64,000 nucleotides of DNA from the NCBI RefSeq assembly GCF_055900595.2, contig NZ_CM148325.1. One strand, written 5' to 3'. This document shows positions 1-7,913 of the stretch, in pieces. Numbering within the stretch: position 1 is the stretch's first letter; every line of letters starts with the position of its first letter. Below the pieces are notes generated by a model. The model was not told the DNA's origin. It ran no database searches and worked only from the letters and a program-made list of their open reading frames with translations. A program made the position numbers and the translations under genes.

Positions 1-126
1 CAGATATCTTGTCGCACCTGTTTTCGCTTCCAGTTGTCGTAACGTCTCGCGCCCGCTCTGTCGCACGAGTTCGACAACCTGCCTCTTAATTTTTTCCCGC
101 TCTTCCTGTGTAAATACTTTTTTCAC
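1..126 (-). CDS. Hypothetical phage protein, partial (3-prime end cut by window edge)
   Basis: GTG at 126 preceded by AGGAGG (131-136, minus strand); open to window edge; translation VKKVFTQEEREKIKRQVVELVRQSG... Confidence 0.35.
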   Translation of the reverse strand, partial: MKKVFTQEEREKIKRQVVELVRQSGRETLRQLEAKTGATRYL

Positions 127-155
127 AAGTCCTCCTGAAAAATCTCCTTCACAAT

Positions 156-821
156 TCATACAAAACCAGCCGCTTTCCGGCGTTCATACTCCTGTTTCAG
201 CAACTCAATTGGCGTTGGTCCCGACGGGCGTTTGGGGGCAGCCAGTTGTCGCCGGACTGGCGGAACGCTGAGGCCCATACCAACATGCTTTGACCATTTC
301 GTCAGTTGCCGTTCTGCAAACCGTTTTAACTCCCCTTCGGTCATCTGGCGTTCAATCCCCTTTGAACGCATCTCGAGGCATATGTGATACAGCACAGGCT
401 GAGACCACGGGTATTTATCGCTTCCGTCGTATCGCCAGGACTCATTGCGCCAGCGTCGGTACTCCTCCATCACAGCCCCCACCGTCAGACCGAATGGATT
501 GGCCCCGCTTTCCGGAATCAGTGCCACAAACTCAGCCAGGTCAGGAGGCCATGTTTCACCCGCCCGGCAGCGGTCCATGCACTGGCGGCAGACCTGCCGG
601 ATTTGCTGCTCAGTCATCGCGCCAATCTGTGCAATCCAGAGCTTCGAAGGTGCGGCCCCGTTCTTCCGGGTCCAGCGGTCCGAATAAACCTCCCCCATGA
701 GTTCCCACAGCTTCCAGGCTGTTTCCGTCGCTGATAAATCCGTTTTCACGTTCCCACTGCTCACGTGCTGCCCGAATTTCCTGAACTGCCCGTGATGCGG
801 TGCCACCTGGTGCTGCTGCAT
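156..821 (-). CDS. Replication protein P-like (DnaB helicase loader family)
   Basis: 221-aa ORF; C-terminal half resembles lambda P (YPW...LY...M motif region); AAGGGGG RBS before ATG at 821; alternative in-frame starts at 698 and 617. Confidence 0.55.
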   Translation of the reverse strand: MQQHQVAPHHGQFRKFGQHVSSGNVKTDLSATETAWKLWELMGEVYSDRWTRKNGAAPSKLWIAQIGAMTEQQIRQVCRQCMDRCRAGETWPPDLAEFVALIPESGANPFGLTVGAVMEEYRRWRNESWRYDGSDKYPWSQPVLYHICLEMRSKGIERQMTEGELKRFAERQLTKWSKHVGMGLSVPPVRRQLAAPKRPSGPTPIELLKQEYERRKAAGFV

Positions 822-1650
822 GGTTCACCCCCTTGCTGACTGGTTTAACCTGCGCCCTGACGTGATTTACGTGACGGGCGAATTTCTGCTCCCACTGAAC
901 CTGTGTGAACACTTTCCCCTCCGCCATCCAGTAATCCCGGAAGGCGGCAAGTTCAGCAGGTGTAAATTCCGGTTCCGGCAAAGCCGCTCCCCACAACGCA
1001 GCCCGCCGTCGAAAATCCAGCGACGGATGCCAGCCATCGGTCATCGGAAATTTTCCGATGGGTTCGCTCAGGCCATCCAGGAATACAGGGGGGGCTGCCT
1101 GTAACGACAAAACTTCCTGCTCACTGATCGGAGCACTCTCGCGTGTGTTATGTGTGGGGTTTAGATCTTTGGGTTCCTTTGGGTTCCGTGATCCGTTTTT
1201 GGGTGTCTTTGATGGAAAATTTGGGTGTTTTTGGTTATTTTCCATGCAGCTAAGAGTTCCGTTTTTGGGTCTGTTTTGTGCTGAAACATAACCATTTTCG
1301 GTACTGTTTTTATTAACAGCACCAATTTTACCCTCCTTTAAAGACTCCCGTTTTTGGGTGTATTCAGGCTCTGCAACGCTTTCTTCTACACCGATAAGTC
1401 GGTACACCACGATTTGCTTTGTTCGGCCTTTTCTCTCACCGGTATCAACAATTAACCCAATCTCCATCAGGTGTCGTAAGCTGTCCTGCACAGTCTTTTT
1501 GTTCAGTTCCGTTACTTCTGCCAGTGCAGATACAGACGGGTATGCACACAAATCGGCACCGCACATATCAGCAAGCCAGGTCAATACTGACTTACTGGAT
1601 GAACTGCCGGTTTTCACCTTTTTAGCCCATCGTAGTGCATCGATGCTCAT
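610..1650 (-). CDS. Replication initiator, O-like: N-terminal HTH, Lys/Asn/Pro-rich linker, C-terminal DnaT-like domain
   Basis: ATG at 1650 with AGGAG RBS; N-terminus MSIDALRWAKKV... HTH-like; C-terminus FTPAELAAFRDYWMAEGK resembles DnaT C-terminal domain; iterons lie inside the linker coding region. Confidence 0.65.
   Translation of the reverse strand: MSIDALRWAKKVKTGSSSSKSVLTWLADMCGADLCAYPSVSALAEVTELNKKTVQDSLRHLMEIGLIVDTGERKGRTKQIVVYRLIGVEESVAEPEYTQKRESLKEGKIGAVNKNSTENGYVSAQNRPKNGTLSCMENNQKHPNFPSKTPKNGSRNPKEPKDLNPTHNTRESAPISEQEVLSLQAAPPVFLDGLSEPIGKFPMTDGWHPSLDFRRRAALWGAALPEPEFTPAELAAFRDYWMAEGKVFTQVQWEQKFARHVNHVRAQVKPVSKGVNHAAAPGGTASRAVQEIRAAREQWERENGFISDGNSLEAVGTHGGGLFGPLDPEERGRTFEALDCTDWRDD
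1160..1365. repeat. Putative phage replication origin iterons (TTTGGGT-core repeats) followed by AT-rich stretch
   Basis: TTTGGGTTCC at 1168-1177 and 1178-1187; CCGTTTTTGGGTGT at 1193-1206 and 1349-1362; CCGTTTTTGGGTCT at 1259-1272; TTTGGGTGTTTTTGG at 1220-1234; AT-rich 1290-1345. Confidence 0.45.
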
Positions 1651-2173
1651 ACGAACTCCTGGCAGACATTTGTTTATCTGCAAAGTAATATTGATATTGC
1701 TGACGATACGCATGCTTGAAAGCAATAGCTTTTTCTATAAGCTCGTCAGTCTCACGTTCCACAACAGATGGATCCGCAAAAAGCAGCCCGGACTCCACCA
1801 CATCGCCATATTCTTTGTTTAACCCGGCGATCATGTACGTAATGCTTTTTCCGTCAGTAATTTCACAATACAACCTGAAATCGCTGATCCGGATAGCCTC
1901 CATAATTGCCGGAATCAGCGCCGTGAATTTTTCCCGCTTATCCCTGGTGTCGATAGCTTTCCAGCGTTCGAATATCTTCACCCGGTTAACGCCCAGCGCC
2001 CGTTGATCAACCTCGCCATCATTAAACGTGACGCGTTGAACATCGATGTTCGGGCGTTCTTTCAGAGCCCAGAATGCTTCCGTGATTAATATCGTCGCCT
2101 GCTCCTGTGTCATTCCTGGTCGGCATACCCAGGCATCCAGAGCCTCACAAACCTGTTCAGGGGTGATTTTCAT
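1622..2173 (-). CDS. YdaT-like protein (Rac prophage ydaT family), downstream of cro-like gene
   Basis: 183-aa ORF; N-terminus MKITPEQVCEALDAW resembles Rac YdaT; overlaps the cro-like stop and the O-like start. Confidence 0.5.
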   Translation of the reverse strand: MKITPEQVCEALDAWVCRPGMTQEQATILITEAFWALKERPNIDVQRVTFNDGEVDQRALGVNRVKIFERWKAIDTRDKREKFTALIPAIMEAIRISDFRLYCEITDGKSITYMIAGLNKEYGDVVESGLLFADPSVVERETDELIEKAIAFKHAYRQQYQYYFADKQMSARSSYEHRCTTMG

Positions 2174-2384
2174 TGTTCAACCGCCCCGCCCGCTTCGTCT
2201 TACGATATTCGTCATAAACTTTGGGGTCGTACTGAAGTTCCCCGCCAGATGCCTCTTGCAGGCGCATCGCGCGACCTTCAGGAACCAGTTCTCCCCATTG
2301 AGAAACAGCAGATGGATCAACACCAGCAGCTTTCGCTACTTTGGCTTTCGTCCCATAAAAATTAATTACGTCTGATTTAAACAT
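2157..2384 (-). CDS. Cro/YdaS-like HTH DNA-binding protein
   Basis: ATG at 2384 with GGAGGGG RBS; small HTH protein (AKVAKAAGVDPSAVSQW) divergent from the repressor gene. Confidence 0.6.
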   Translation of the reverse strand: MFKSDVINFYGTKAKVAKAAGVDPSAVSQWGELVPEGRAMRLQEASGGELQYDPKVYDEYRKTKRAGRLNNENHP

Positions 2385-2461
2385 CACCCCTCCAAAGTTG
2401 AGTTTTCTCAATGGTAATCACTCAAGGAATCTCAAGCCAAGGGTTATTAAGATATCTAAAT
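2385..2461. promoter_or_regulatory. Divergent immunity promoter/operator region (OR-like)
   Basis: 77-bp gap between divergent cro-like and CI-like starts; palindrome TTGAGTTTTCTCAA at 2398-2411 plus repeated CTCAAG half-sites at 2421-2436. Confidence 0.4.
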
Positions 2462-2869
2462 ATGAACGAGAAAACTTTAGGTCAACGAATTAGAGAAAGA
2501 CGCAAACAGGTTGGTTTAAGTCAAAACGATTTAAGCAAAGCTGCTGGCGTATCTGGCTCATCAATTTCACTATGGGAAAGCGACCATACAGCCCCGCGCG
2601 GGCAAAATTTGCATCGCCTGGCTGAGGTATTGCAATGTTCACCAACTTGGATACTGTTTGGTGACGAGGATAAAACACCAGATCCACCAGTTGCACTCAA
2701 CAGCGCCTTAGACTTATCGGAAGATGAGTTGGAGATGTTGCGATTGTATCGCGCACTTCCAAAATCAGAGCAGCAAGCACAAATCAGCGAACTCCGTGCC
2801 CGCGTTGAGAATTTTAATCGCCTATTCACCGAGCTACTAGAAGCTCGCAAACGTAACAAACATCAATAA
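2462..2869 (+). CDS. CI-like phage repressor, XRE-family HTH, no S24 peptidase domain
   Basis: HTH motif GLSQNDLSKAAGVSGSSISLWE; 135 aa; C-terminal helical region only; divergent from cro-like gene. Confidence 0.65.
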   Translation: MNEKTLGQRIRERRKQVGLSQNDLSKAAGVSGSSISLWESDHTAPRGQNLHRLAEVLQCSPTWILFGDEDKTPDPPVALNSALDLSEDELEMLRLYRALPKSEQQAQISELRARVENFNRLFTELLEARKRNKHQ

Positions 2870-2931
2870 CCCCCCTTCACAAATTTTAAAGCCTTACATT
2901 TCAATGTATTGGCTTTATTTTGCATTAAATA

Positions 2932-2982
2932 TTGAGTTTTCTAATCAAAACACTTGACCAATTTTCATGAGAAAACTAAATT
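2932..2982 (+). promoter_or_regulatory. Candidate PL-like promoter with operator (OL-like)
   Basis: TTGAGTTTTCT at 2932-2942 repeats the OR motif; -35 TTGACC 2954-2959, 17-bp spacer, -10 TAAATT 2977-2982; inverted repeat AGTTTTCT (2935-2942) / AGAAAACT (2970-2977). Confidence 0.35.
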
Positions 2983-3063
2983 ACCATCCATCAAGACACC
3001 GCACGGTGTTCTCAGCAAACAGTTCCGCTACCCCGGCGTTAAGGGGAAACAGAGGATTTCTCA

Positions 3064-3420
3064 GTGGGCGAAGTCAAACATCAGAATGGAAGGCATCCCG
3101 GGATCGGCAAAGAAGCAGCAATGGCGCTTTATATTGACATCAGCGCCATTGCCGGACAGGTAAGAATTATCAGAGCGGTAACTAAGCGGTATGTGCCTTT
3201 ACTTCAGAAAGGCTCCGGTGATTACACCGAAGATATTGTCAACGATTTCCTCATCGAATTGCGAGGACTCATCTTCAGTTACAAGGTGACCACAATTTTT
3301 GCAGATGGCTCCCGCGAAACTGTCAGAGCCCTGCGGCTTAAAGGATGTGTCGAAGACTTCGCCACCACATTCTGGGCAAGAAAACTTGATTGTATTCATA
3401 ACCAATTTCCTCTCGGGTAA
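3064..3420 (+). CDS. Hypothetical protein, first ORF downstream of candidate PL (N-gene position); mutually exclusive with the antisense ORF 3199-3399
   Basis: GTG start with AGAGGA RBS 7 nt upstream; 118 aa; orientation fits the rightward early operon; no recognisable family. Confidence 0.35.
   Translation: MGEVKHQNGRHPGIGKEAAMALYIDISAIAGQVRIIRAVTKRYVPLLQKGSGDYTEDIVNDFLIELRGLIFSYKVTTIFADGSRETVRALRLKGCVEDFATTFWARKLDCIHNQFPLG
3199..3399 (-). CDS. Small zinc-ribbon protein (CPECGG...CKNCGH), candidate moron; mutually exclusive with 3064-3420
   Basis: ATG at 3399 with AGAGGA RBS 8 nt upstream; two CxxC pairs 17 residues apart; 66 aa. Confidence 0.4.
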   Translation of the reverse strand: MNTIKFSCPECGGEVFDTSFKPQGSDSFAGAICKNCGHLVTEDESSQFDEEIVDNIFGVITGAFLK

Positions 3421-4016
3421 CAGACCCCTCAGAGGATACCACCTCGCCTGACGTGGTTAAAAGCAGGCACACAACACGAAAGCGCACGGCGAGGTAGCTG
3501 GTTCATATATAGCCTGTCGTTAAATTTTCGTCGACCGTGCGCTTCCGGTTGTGGCACTCCGCGAAATGGCGCGGCGGTAAGCATGGCGGGGTTCCCTTCC
3601 CCTTGAGGACACCGGGTTGTCAGGTTGACCATGCGCCTGAGTGACAACCCCGCTGCAACGCCCTCTGTTATCAATTTTCTGGTGACGTTTGGCGGTATCA
3701 GTTTTACTCCGTGACTGCTCTGCCGCCCTTTTTAAAGTGAATTTTGTGATGTGGTGAATGCGGCTCAGCGCACGCGGAACAGTTAAAACCAAAAACAGAG
3801 TTATGGGTGGATTCTCTGTATCCGGCGTTAATTGTTAACTGGTTAACGTCACCTGGAGGCACCTGGCACCGCATCAACAAAGTTCACTTCGGTGATGAAA
3901 GGTAAGAGAAAATGTTGAATGTAGCTATTGAAAACCAGTACGGGTGGAATTATAGTGCACCTGCACCTCATAAAACGGGTGCCGGGCGTGGAAACCCGAA
4001 AGTTACTCGAGCGCAT

Positions 4017-4039
4017 AACCGCGCCGAAGCGGTTTTTTT
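4017..4039 (+). terminator. Candidate rho-independent terminator upstream of the Rha gene
   Basis: AACCGC-GCCGAA-GCGGTT hairpin followed by TTTTT. Confidence 0.4.
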
Positions 4040-4208
4040 ATGCGTAATGCACAGCCACATTCAGATAATGGTGGGGCGTGCAGGGCAGCTGCAAGGCTGG
4101 CCGGGTTCTCGAGTGACCGGTATTTCCACCCCTGTACGTCTCGCCACCCTTATGGTCGTGGAAAGCCTCGGTGGTGAGTTAATTAACTTAACACTTGAGG
4201 ATGCCATC

Positions 4209-4760
4209 ATGGCTACTACCCTTACCCTTTCTCACCCTGACGTAACCATTGAAAATGGTCGCGCTGTCACTACGTCTATTGCGATCGCAGAATTCTTCGG
4301 CAAGCAGCATCACCATGTTGTTCAAAAAATAGAGGCCCTCGAATGTTCTGAACGCTTTTTAACCAGCAACTTTTCGCGGGTTAAATTCGAGCACCGTGGC
4401 AATACCTACAATGCCTACCAAATCACCAAAAACGGCTTCGTTTTCCTGGTGATGGGCTTCACCGGCAAAAAGGCCGCTGCATTCAAGGAAGCCTACATTG
4501 CCGAGTTCGACCGCATGGAGGAAGAACTGCGCCGGAATAACACCACACCCGCTGACAAAATAATCCCGGGTGATGGCCGCACCCTGGTTATCCGCTTCGA
4601 CGAACACGGCTACATCAAATTCACCGAAACCGTTCCTGATGGCGCACTGGTCTGTACTCTGGATACTTTCCGTTTTTATCTGGAAAAGCAGGGATGGACT
4701 CTCATAAACCGGGGCGCAATTAAAAATATGACCGTCGAGCAGTTGCTGAGTATTAAATAG
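4209..4760 (+). CDS. Phage regulatory protein, Rha family (antirepressor-like)
   Basis: N-terminus TTSIAIAEFFGKQHHHVVQKI matches Rha-domain signature; GAGGA RBS before ATG 4209; in-frame ORF is open upstream to 3912, so the start is uncertain. Confidence 0.6.
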   Translation: MATTLTLSHPDVTIENGRAVTTSIAIAEFFGKQHHHVVQKIEALECSERFLTSNFSRVKFEHRGNTYNAYQITKNGFVFLVMGFTGKKAAAFKEAYIAEFDRMEEELRRNNTTPADKIIPGDGRTLVIRFDEHGYIKFTETVPDGALVCTLDTFRFYLEKQGWTLINRGAIKNMTVEQLLSIK

Positions 4761-4805
4761 TTTTCTGGAATTTCCTTCATATCACAAATTATTAAGGAGA
4801 TTATT

Positions 4806-5027
4806 ATGATTGCTCATCACTTCGGAACCGATGAAATACCACGCCAGTGCGTCACTCCCGGCGATTACGTTATTTACGAAGGCCGGACATATGTTGCATC
4901 GGCAAACAATATCGAAAAGCAAAAACTTTATATCCGTGATTTCACTACAAAAACATGCATTACTGACCGCATGATTAAAGTCTTCCTCGGTCGTGATGGT
5001 TTACCTGTAAAGGCGGAGGCATGGTGA
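4806..5027 (+). CDS. Hypothetical small phage protein
   Basis: ATG preceded by AAGGAG at 7-nt spacing; 73 aa; no recognisable family. Confidence 0.55.
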   Translation: MIAHHFGTDEIPRQCVTPGDYVIYEGRTYVASANNIEKQKLYIRDFTTKTCITDRMIKVFLGRDGLPVKAEAW

Positions 5028-5146
5028 GCTGTAATAAATAACTGACCCAATACGACATTCAGCTTAATAAATACATAAGGGTCGATTCTTATATGCCAGC
5101 AATGGCAGGGATTCGCACAACCTTAAAACAGCAATGAGGTTTATCA

Positions 5147-7600
5147 ATGAGCACTGATAAAGAAACTTTTGCGCTATATTGCGAAGCTAAAAATGACAAA
5201 GTCAGAAAACGCCTTGGGATTAAAGGTGGTTTTTACTGGACTACAGCAAAAAAATTATCTGTTGCCATCTCCCGCTGCATTACCGCAATGGATGATAACG
5301 ATTATGATGAAGACGACTTTAAAAAACCTGTTCGCGTCCATTTGCCCGTTGTTGATGACCTTCCACCGGAAGGCGTGTTTGATACCGAATTCTGTAACCG
5401 GTATGAAAAAGGCGGCGAAGATGGCATCACAATGATATTTATCGCGCCTCCGCCATCCGCGCAGGACAAACCAGCCAGCACTGACAACACCAATGTTAAT
5501 GGCGAAGACATGACTGAGATTGAGGAGAATATGCTTCTGCCGGTTTCAGGTCAGATTCTGCCTGTTCGCTGGCTGGCGCAACACAGCGGCGAAAAACCAG
5601 TAACGCACGTTTCGCGGGATGAACTGCGCTCATTACATAACGCACAGGAAGAAAAACTTCCCGCCGTTACCGCGCTGGCCATCTCAAATAAAGCAGCGCA
5701 ACTCGAACCGCTGGAGATTCGGGATTTGTACAAACTGGTGCGGGACACTGACAAAGTTTTTCCCGCCCCCGTAAATTCAGACCTGGGACTGATGACCTCC
5801 TTCATCGAAGCATACCTGGACGCTGACTACACTGATCGTGGTCTGCTTACAAAAGAGTGGATGAAAGGAAATCGTGTTTCTCGCATCAGTCGCACACCAT
5901 CCGGCGCTAACGCTGGCGGCGGTATTCTTACCGATCGCGGCGAAGGTTTTGTGCATGATAATGCGTCAATGGCATTCGATGTTGCTACAGGAAAACTGGC
6001 TCGTTCGATGGATGTGGATATTTACAACATGCATCCTTCACATACCAGACGTGTTAACGAAATTATCGCAGAAAATGATCCCTGTTTCTCCGTCTTCCTT
6101 AAGGCTTTTCTGAACATGCCAGGCGGGATGGATTATTCCCGCGCCATCGTGGTTGCCTCCGTGAAAGAAGCACCGGTTGGTATAGAGGCTATGCCCCACC
6201 GCGTCACCGAATACCTGAATAAAGTGCTGACCGAAACCGATCATGCCAACCCTGATCCGGAAATCGTGGATATTGCCTGCGGTCGTTCCTCTGCCCCAAT
6301 GCCGCAGCGTGTAACAGAAGAAGGAAAACAGGATGATGAAGAAAAACCGCAACCGTCTGGCGCAATGGCAGATGAACAGCCAACGACTGAAACAGTGGAA
6401 CCGGATACAACTGAACATCATCCGGACACGCAGCCGCTGGATGCTCAGCCGCAGGTGAATTCTGTTGATGCGAAATATCAGAAACTGCGGGCAGAACTCC
6501 ATGAATCCCGGAAAAACATTCCGCCCCAAAATCCTGTCGACGAAGACAAATTGCTGGCAACCTCTGGCGGAGAATTTGCTGAAGGGATTAGCGACCCGAA
6601 TGATCCGAAATGGGTGAAGGGGATTGAAACCCGCGATTCTGTGAACCAGAACCAGCAAGAATCGGAACAGAACGACCAGAAAGCGGAAAAAAACAGCCAA
6701 AATGCGTTACAAAACGAGCCAGAAACGAAACAATCCGAACCAGTAGCGCAACAGGAACCGGAAAAAGTCTGCACCATCTGCGGTCAGAGCGGTGTCGGCA
6801 ACTGTCCTGATTGTGGCGTGGTGATGGGCGACGCAACATACCAGGAAATGTTCGATGAAGATAATCAGCCTGAAGTTCAGGAAAATGATCCAGAGGAAAT
6901 GGAAGGCTCTGCGCATCAGAACAAGGAGAACTCTGGCGGCAATCAGCATCATGCCAGCGATAGTGAAACTGGCGAGACGGCAAATCCCTTAATTAAGATA
7001 ACCAGTCATCACAAATATAAGTCCACAAGCAAAACGTGGTATCACCTGATGATCGACCTTGAAACAATGGGAACCAACACCAATGCACCCATAGTAGTTA
7101 TTGGTGCGGTTTTCTTCGACCCGGAAACAGGGGAAATCGGGCCGGTATTTTATATCGTTATCAGCCTGACTGACGCAATGAATACAGGGGCTGTTCCTGA
7201 TGGTGGCACCATCGAATGGTGGCTGAAGCAGTCCAGCGAAGCCAGAGCTGCCATTTTAACTGACCAGGTAAAAATGAAAGATGCCCTTTTGCGTTTTCGG
7301 GAATTCGTCAATGAACACTCTGATGAAAAATTCGTTCAGGTGTGGGGTAATGGCGCAACGTTCGATAACGCAATTTTGCGCACCTCATACGAACGTCTGG
7401 ACATCCCCTGTCCGTGGCATTACAGCAACGATCGTGATGTACGCACAATCGTTGAGATGGGGAAAATCACAGACTTCAATGCCAGAAGCGTAATTCCATT
7501 CGAAGGCGTGCGCCATAATGCTCTGGATGACGCTCTTCACCAGGCAAAATACGTAACAGCCGCTATACAAAAACTGATCCCGAATCAGGCTGATTTTTAA
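5147..7600 (+). CDS. Exonuclease: RecE (exonuclease VIII) N-terminal-region homolog fused to a C-terminal DnaQ-like DEDDh 3-prime-5-prime exonuclease domain
   Basis: 817 aa; middle region ([19 protein letters not shown]...[43 protein letters not shown]) matches the RecE N-terminal part as recalled; C-terminus has [15 protein letters not shown] and HNALDDA motifs; acidic linker with CTICG-x7-CPDCG zinc-ribbon-like motif. Confidence 0.75.
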   Translation: MSTDKETFALYCEAKNDKVRKRLGIKGGFYWTTAKKLSVAISRCITAMDDNDYDEDDFKKPVRVHLPVVDDLPPEGVFDTEFCNRYEKGGEDGITMIFIAPPPSAQDKPASTDNTNVNGEDMTEIEENMLLPVSGQILPVRWLAQHSGEKPVTHVSRDELRSLHNAQEEKLPAVTALAISNKAAQLEPLEIRDLYKLVRDTDKVFPAPVNSDLGLMTSFIEAYLDADYTDRGLLTKEWMKGNRVSRISRTPSGANAGGGILTDRGEGFVHDNASMAFDVATGKLARSMDVDIYNMHPSHTRRVNEIIAENDPCFSVFLKAFLNMPGGMDYSRAIVVASVKEAPVGIEAMPHRVTEYLNKVLTETDHANPDPEIVDIACGRSSAPMPQRVTEEGKQDDEEKPQPSGAMADEQPTTETVEPDTTEHHPDTQPLDAQPQVNSVDAKYQKLRAELHESRKNIPPQNPVDEDKLLATSGGEFAEGISDPNDPKWVKGIETRDSVNQNQQESEQNDQKAEKNSQNALQNEPETKQSEPVAQQEPEKVCTICGQSGVGNCPDCGVVMGDATYQEMFDEDNQPEVQENDPEEMEGSAHQNKENSGGNQHHASDSETGETANPLIKITSHHKYKSTSKTWYHLMIDLETMGTNTNAPIVVIGAVFFDPETGEIGPVFYIVISLTDAMNTGAVPDGGTIEWWLKQSSEARAAILTDQVKMKDALLRFREFVNEHSDEKFVQVWGNGATFDNAILRTSYERLDIPCPWHYSNDRDVRTIVEMGKITDFNARSVIPFEGVRHNALDDALHQAKYVTAAIQKLIPNQADF

Positions 7601-7664
7601 TGTTCAACCCCGGTCGTCGCCCACCGGCTATAGTGGCGGCGACCATGATTAGCGAACGACGCTC

Positions 7665-7913
7665 ATGGCAAGACTTATTCTGCTCACTGAGTGGGCAAAA
7701 GAGGAATTCAGTGAACCGGTCCCTAGTCCGGGTACGTTAAGTAAATACGCTAAAGCCGGAATGATATTTCCTCTCCCCAAAAAAGTAGGAAGGCACTGGC
7801 GAGTGGATCCACGCGCTCGCTTTGTCGGAATGGTAAACAAGCCGGAGGTGATCGCCACAGATCACCCTGCTTTGAAGAGGATACTGGAAGATGGCGCGCC
7901 CGCGAAAATATAA
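7665..7913 (+). CDS. xis: Excisionase (lambda Xis-like)
   Basis: 82-aa ORF overlapping the int start; LTEW...IFPLPKKVGRHWRV resembles lambda Xis. Confidence 0.55.
   Translation: MARLILLTEWAKEEFSEPVPSPGTLSKYAKAGMIFPLPKKVGRHWRVDPRARFVGMVNKPEVIATDHPALKRILEDGAPAKI

Noticed and set aside
2954-3163. 69-aa plus-strand ORF
   Set aside because: Its start lies inside the candidate PL -35 element with no RBS; it overlaps the better-supported 3064 ORF in another frame.
3429-3792. Two overlapping minus-strand ORFs (81 and 90 aa), Arg-rich
   Set aside because: No Shine-Dalgarno before either start, wrong strand for an N-like antiterminator, and they overlap each other; more likely open frames in a GC-rich structured region.
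6038-6983. Minus-strand ORFs (220, 118, 99, 131, 81 aa) across the middle of the exonuclease gene
   Set aside because: Antisense to the acidic low-complexity linker of the exonuclease; repetitive Phe/Leu/Arg-rich translations; no RBS.
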